From a virus (Duplodnaviria > Caudoviricetes), in the IMG/VR virus record IMGVR_UViG_3300037467_001979, positions 1 through 35,156 of that record: DNA of 35,156 nucleotides; one strand, given 5' to 3'. Below are positions 33,793-35,156 of the stretch, piece by piece. The notes under the pieces were generated by a model. It was not told the origin of the DNA. It ran no database searches and was given only the letters and a program-made list of their open reading frames with translations. Each line of letters begins with the position of its first letter. Position 1 is the stretch's first letter. The translations under genes and the position numbers were made by a program.

Positions 33793-34197
33793 TCATGGTG
33801 CTGGCTCTCCCAACTCGATTAGGCGATCAATGCTCGCGAGCTTTTCGGCCAAGGCTACCGTCATCTCGTGACGCAGCGCGCGAGCGGCATCCTCATAGGT
33901 ACGGTACATGCGGCCCATATTCTGAGCACCACCGTCGGACATCGATCGAGAGTGTGAGCTTGTCGTTGACCAGCCACGTTCAATTAGGCCGTTGTAGGAG
34001 TTCTGATACCACCCTAAGGCGACCTTTGTGACGTAGTTCCCGTAGGACATTTTCTTGTCTACGGTCATCGCCTCCTTGATTTCCTCCTGCGTCATTGGCT
34101 GAGGACATGGGTAGCTTGGCCACGCCAAGGCGCGCGCCAGATCACGAGCCTTGCGGAGGTTTTCCATCTCGGCTTTTTCAGCTTTGGTCATAGCCAT
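33793..34197 (-). CDS. Hypothetical phage protein (134 aa)
   Basis: GAGG RBS; TGATG-coupled. Confidence 0.75.
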   Translation of the reverse strand: MAMTKAEKAEMENLRKARDLARALAWPSYPCPQPMTQEEIKEAMTVDKKMSYGNYVTKVALGWYQNSYNGLIERGWSTTSSHSRSMSDGGAQNMGRMYRTYEDAARALRHEMTVALAEKLASIDRLIELGEPAP

Positions 34198-34481
34198 CAG
34201 CGTACCTCACCCTTCTTACCCGGGGCCTCCGGTAGTGATGGAAGGGGGCGGGTGTAGAGGGGGACGGGATGCGGACCAGAGATTTGGCAATGCATCGCAA
34301 CAACGCTGCGGTCTCTGCTCGTCCAATTCGCATCTGGGTGCATCCACGCCACCGGCTCCTCGCTCACAGCAGCCCGCTCGGCCGCTTCGAGGGCTAGACG
34401 GGCAAGCTCTGTGGCGCCGAGGCCATCGGGAGAAAAACGTATTACCTCGGCCGCGGCCCAGATCATCTCCGGCGTAATCAT
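34197..34481 (-). CDS. Hypothetical phage protein (94 aa) with EPVAW motif
   Basis: MITPEMIWAA...EPVAW...PLY pattern common in phage accessory genes; ATGA-coupled. Confidence 0.75.
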   Translation of the reverse strand: MITPEMIWAAAEVIRFSPDGLGATELARLALEAAERAAVSEEPVAWMHPDANWTSRDRSVVAMHCQISGPHPVPLYTRPLPSLPEAPGKKGEVR

Positions 34482-34696
34482 GCCTTCACCTCGATCAGGG
34501 CGCGGATGGCGGAAAGACCAGCATCAGTAGGCCTGTACATTCCGTACTCATCTTTTTCGACGTGCCCAATTCTTAGCTTCTTTTCCAGCAACGCAATGTC
34601 GGCTTTGTTGGTAAGGATTGGCGATGCCCAGCCGGTAAGAGTGCCCTTCCAAATACGGTCAGCAAGCCATAGCCATCTTTTGTCAGCCGGATTCAT
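34478..34696 (-). CDS. Hypothetical protein, winged-helix-like
   Basis: ATGA-coupled; GHVEK...YRPTDAG wing motif. Confidence 0.65.
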   Translation of the reverse strand: MNPADKRWLWLADRIWKGTLTGWASPILTNKADIALLEKKLRIGHVEKDEYGMYRPTDAGLSAIRALIEVKA

Positions 34697-35004
34697 TCTG
34701 TGCACCCCTCCACCGTTTCGCTATAGGCTCGCAGGAGAGCGGCGAGGCGGGCGCGGCCGGCATCTGAAATTCGATAGCTCTTCGAACCTCGTGACCAGCC
34801 ACCGCGCCGACGCTGGTCTGCCAATCCGAGCTTCGCCAGTTTCGACAGCCGATAGGAATGGTCACTGCCATTGTAGCCGCCGCAATCTAACGGCTGCACC
34901 CATCCGTCCAAGCCGAGACTGAGATAGTTGTCCGTGGCCGCACGCAGTTCATCGAGCGCCTCGATATCGCGCACGGCCAGCGCGATCAGATCGTTCCGGG
35001 TCAT
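34693..35004 (-). CDS. Hypothetical winged-helix protein (103 aa)
   Basis: LSKLAKLGLA...SYRISDAGRARL wHTH-type motif; ATGA-coupled. Confidence 0.7.
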   Translation of the reverse strand: MTRNDLIALAVRDIEALDELRAATDNYLSLGLDGWVQPLDCGGYNGSDHSYRLSKLAKLGLADQRRRGGWSRGSKSYRISDAGRARLAALLRAYSETVEGCTE

Positions 35005-35156
35005 GGGCGGGGCTCCTGGCTCTCGGGCATGTAGGCTTTCAACAGTTCGATCTCTGCTTTCAGCTTAGCTATGGCATTTGGGATAGCTTCGGGATCCAAA
35101 GCGGCGGCCTTCATCAGATATTGGGCGACCTGCTTGTGCGTCAGAACATTGCGCTG
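35001..35156 (-). CDS. C-terminal part of a hypothetical protein entering from outside the window
   Basis: Open frame QRNVLTHKQVAQYLMK...YMPESQEPRP*, ending in an ATGA overlap with 35004. Confidence 0.6.
   Translation of the reverse strand, partial: QRNVLTHKQVAQYLMKAAALDPEAIPNAIAKLKAEIELLKAYMPESQEPRP

Larger units (their letters stand above)
1..35156 (-). mobile_element. Late region of a tailed phage/prophage with contractile (myovirus-type) tail; both ends run off the window
   Basis: Colinear terminase-portal-scaffold-capsid-head/tail-sheath-tube-TMP-baseplate-fibre-lysis genes on the minus strand. No integrase or att site in the window, so prophage versus free phage cannot be decided. Confidence 0.95.

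Overview
This window is the late (morphogenesis and lysis) arm of a GC-rich tailed phage or prophage with a contractile tail. The host is probably alphaproteobacterial, judged from the DUF982-like and GrlR-like genes and the composition. The core operon runs right to left on the minus strand: small coupled genes, DUF6362-like gene, TerS/TerL, portal, scaffold, P22-coat-type MCP, head-tail proteins, sheath, tube, chaperone with -1 frameshift, tape measure, baseplate, two fibre genes, and lysis-region genes (RlpA-like, lipoprotein, membrane protein, PG-binding endolysin cut by the window edge). Accessory genes are inserted throughout: a GT2 + sugar N-formyltransferase pair, two Cys-rich secreted proteins, a secreted PLD/Nuc nuclease, a TM-anchored GIY-YIG/T5orf172 protein, a GrlR-like protein, hicAB, small membrane proteins and a tandem paralog pair. 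Two signals are not explained by the ORF track. (1) A ~610-nt, densely base-paired non-coding region (29180-29790) at the head of the late operon, with GNRA/UUCG tetraloops on the minus strand and a long-range 9-bp complementarity; this is a candidate large phage ncRNA. (2) Five GGAU-loop hairpins in the leaders of the scaffold and capsid genes; these are a candidate translational operator set. All family names come from motif recognition by eye; no database searches were run.
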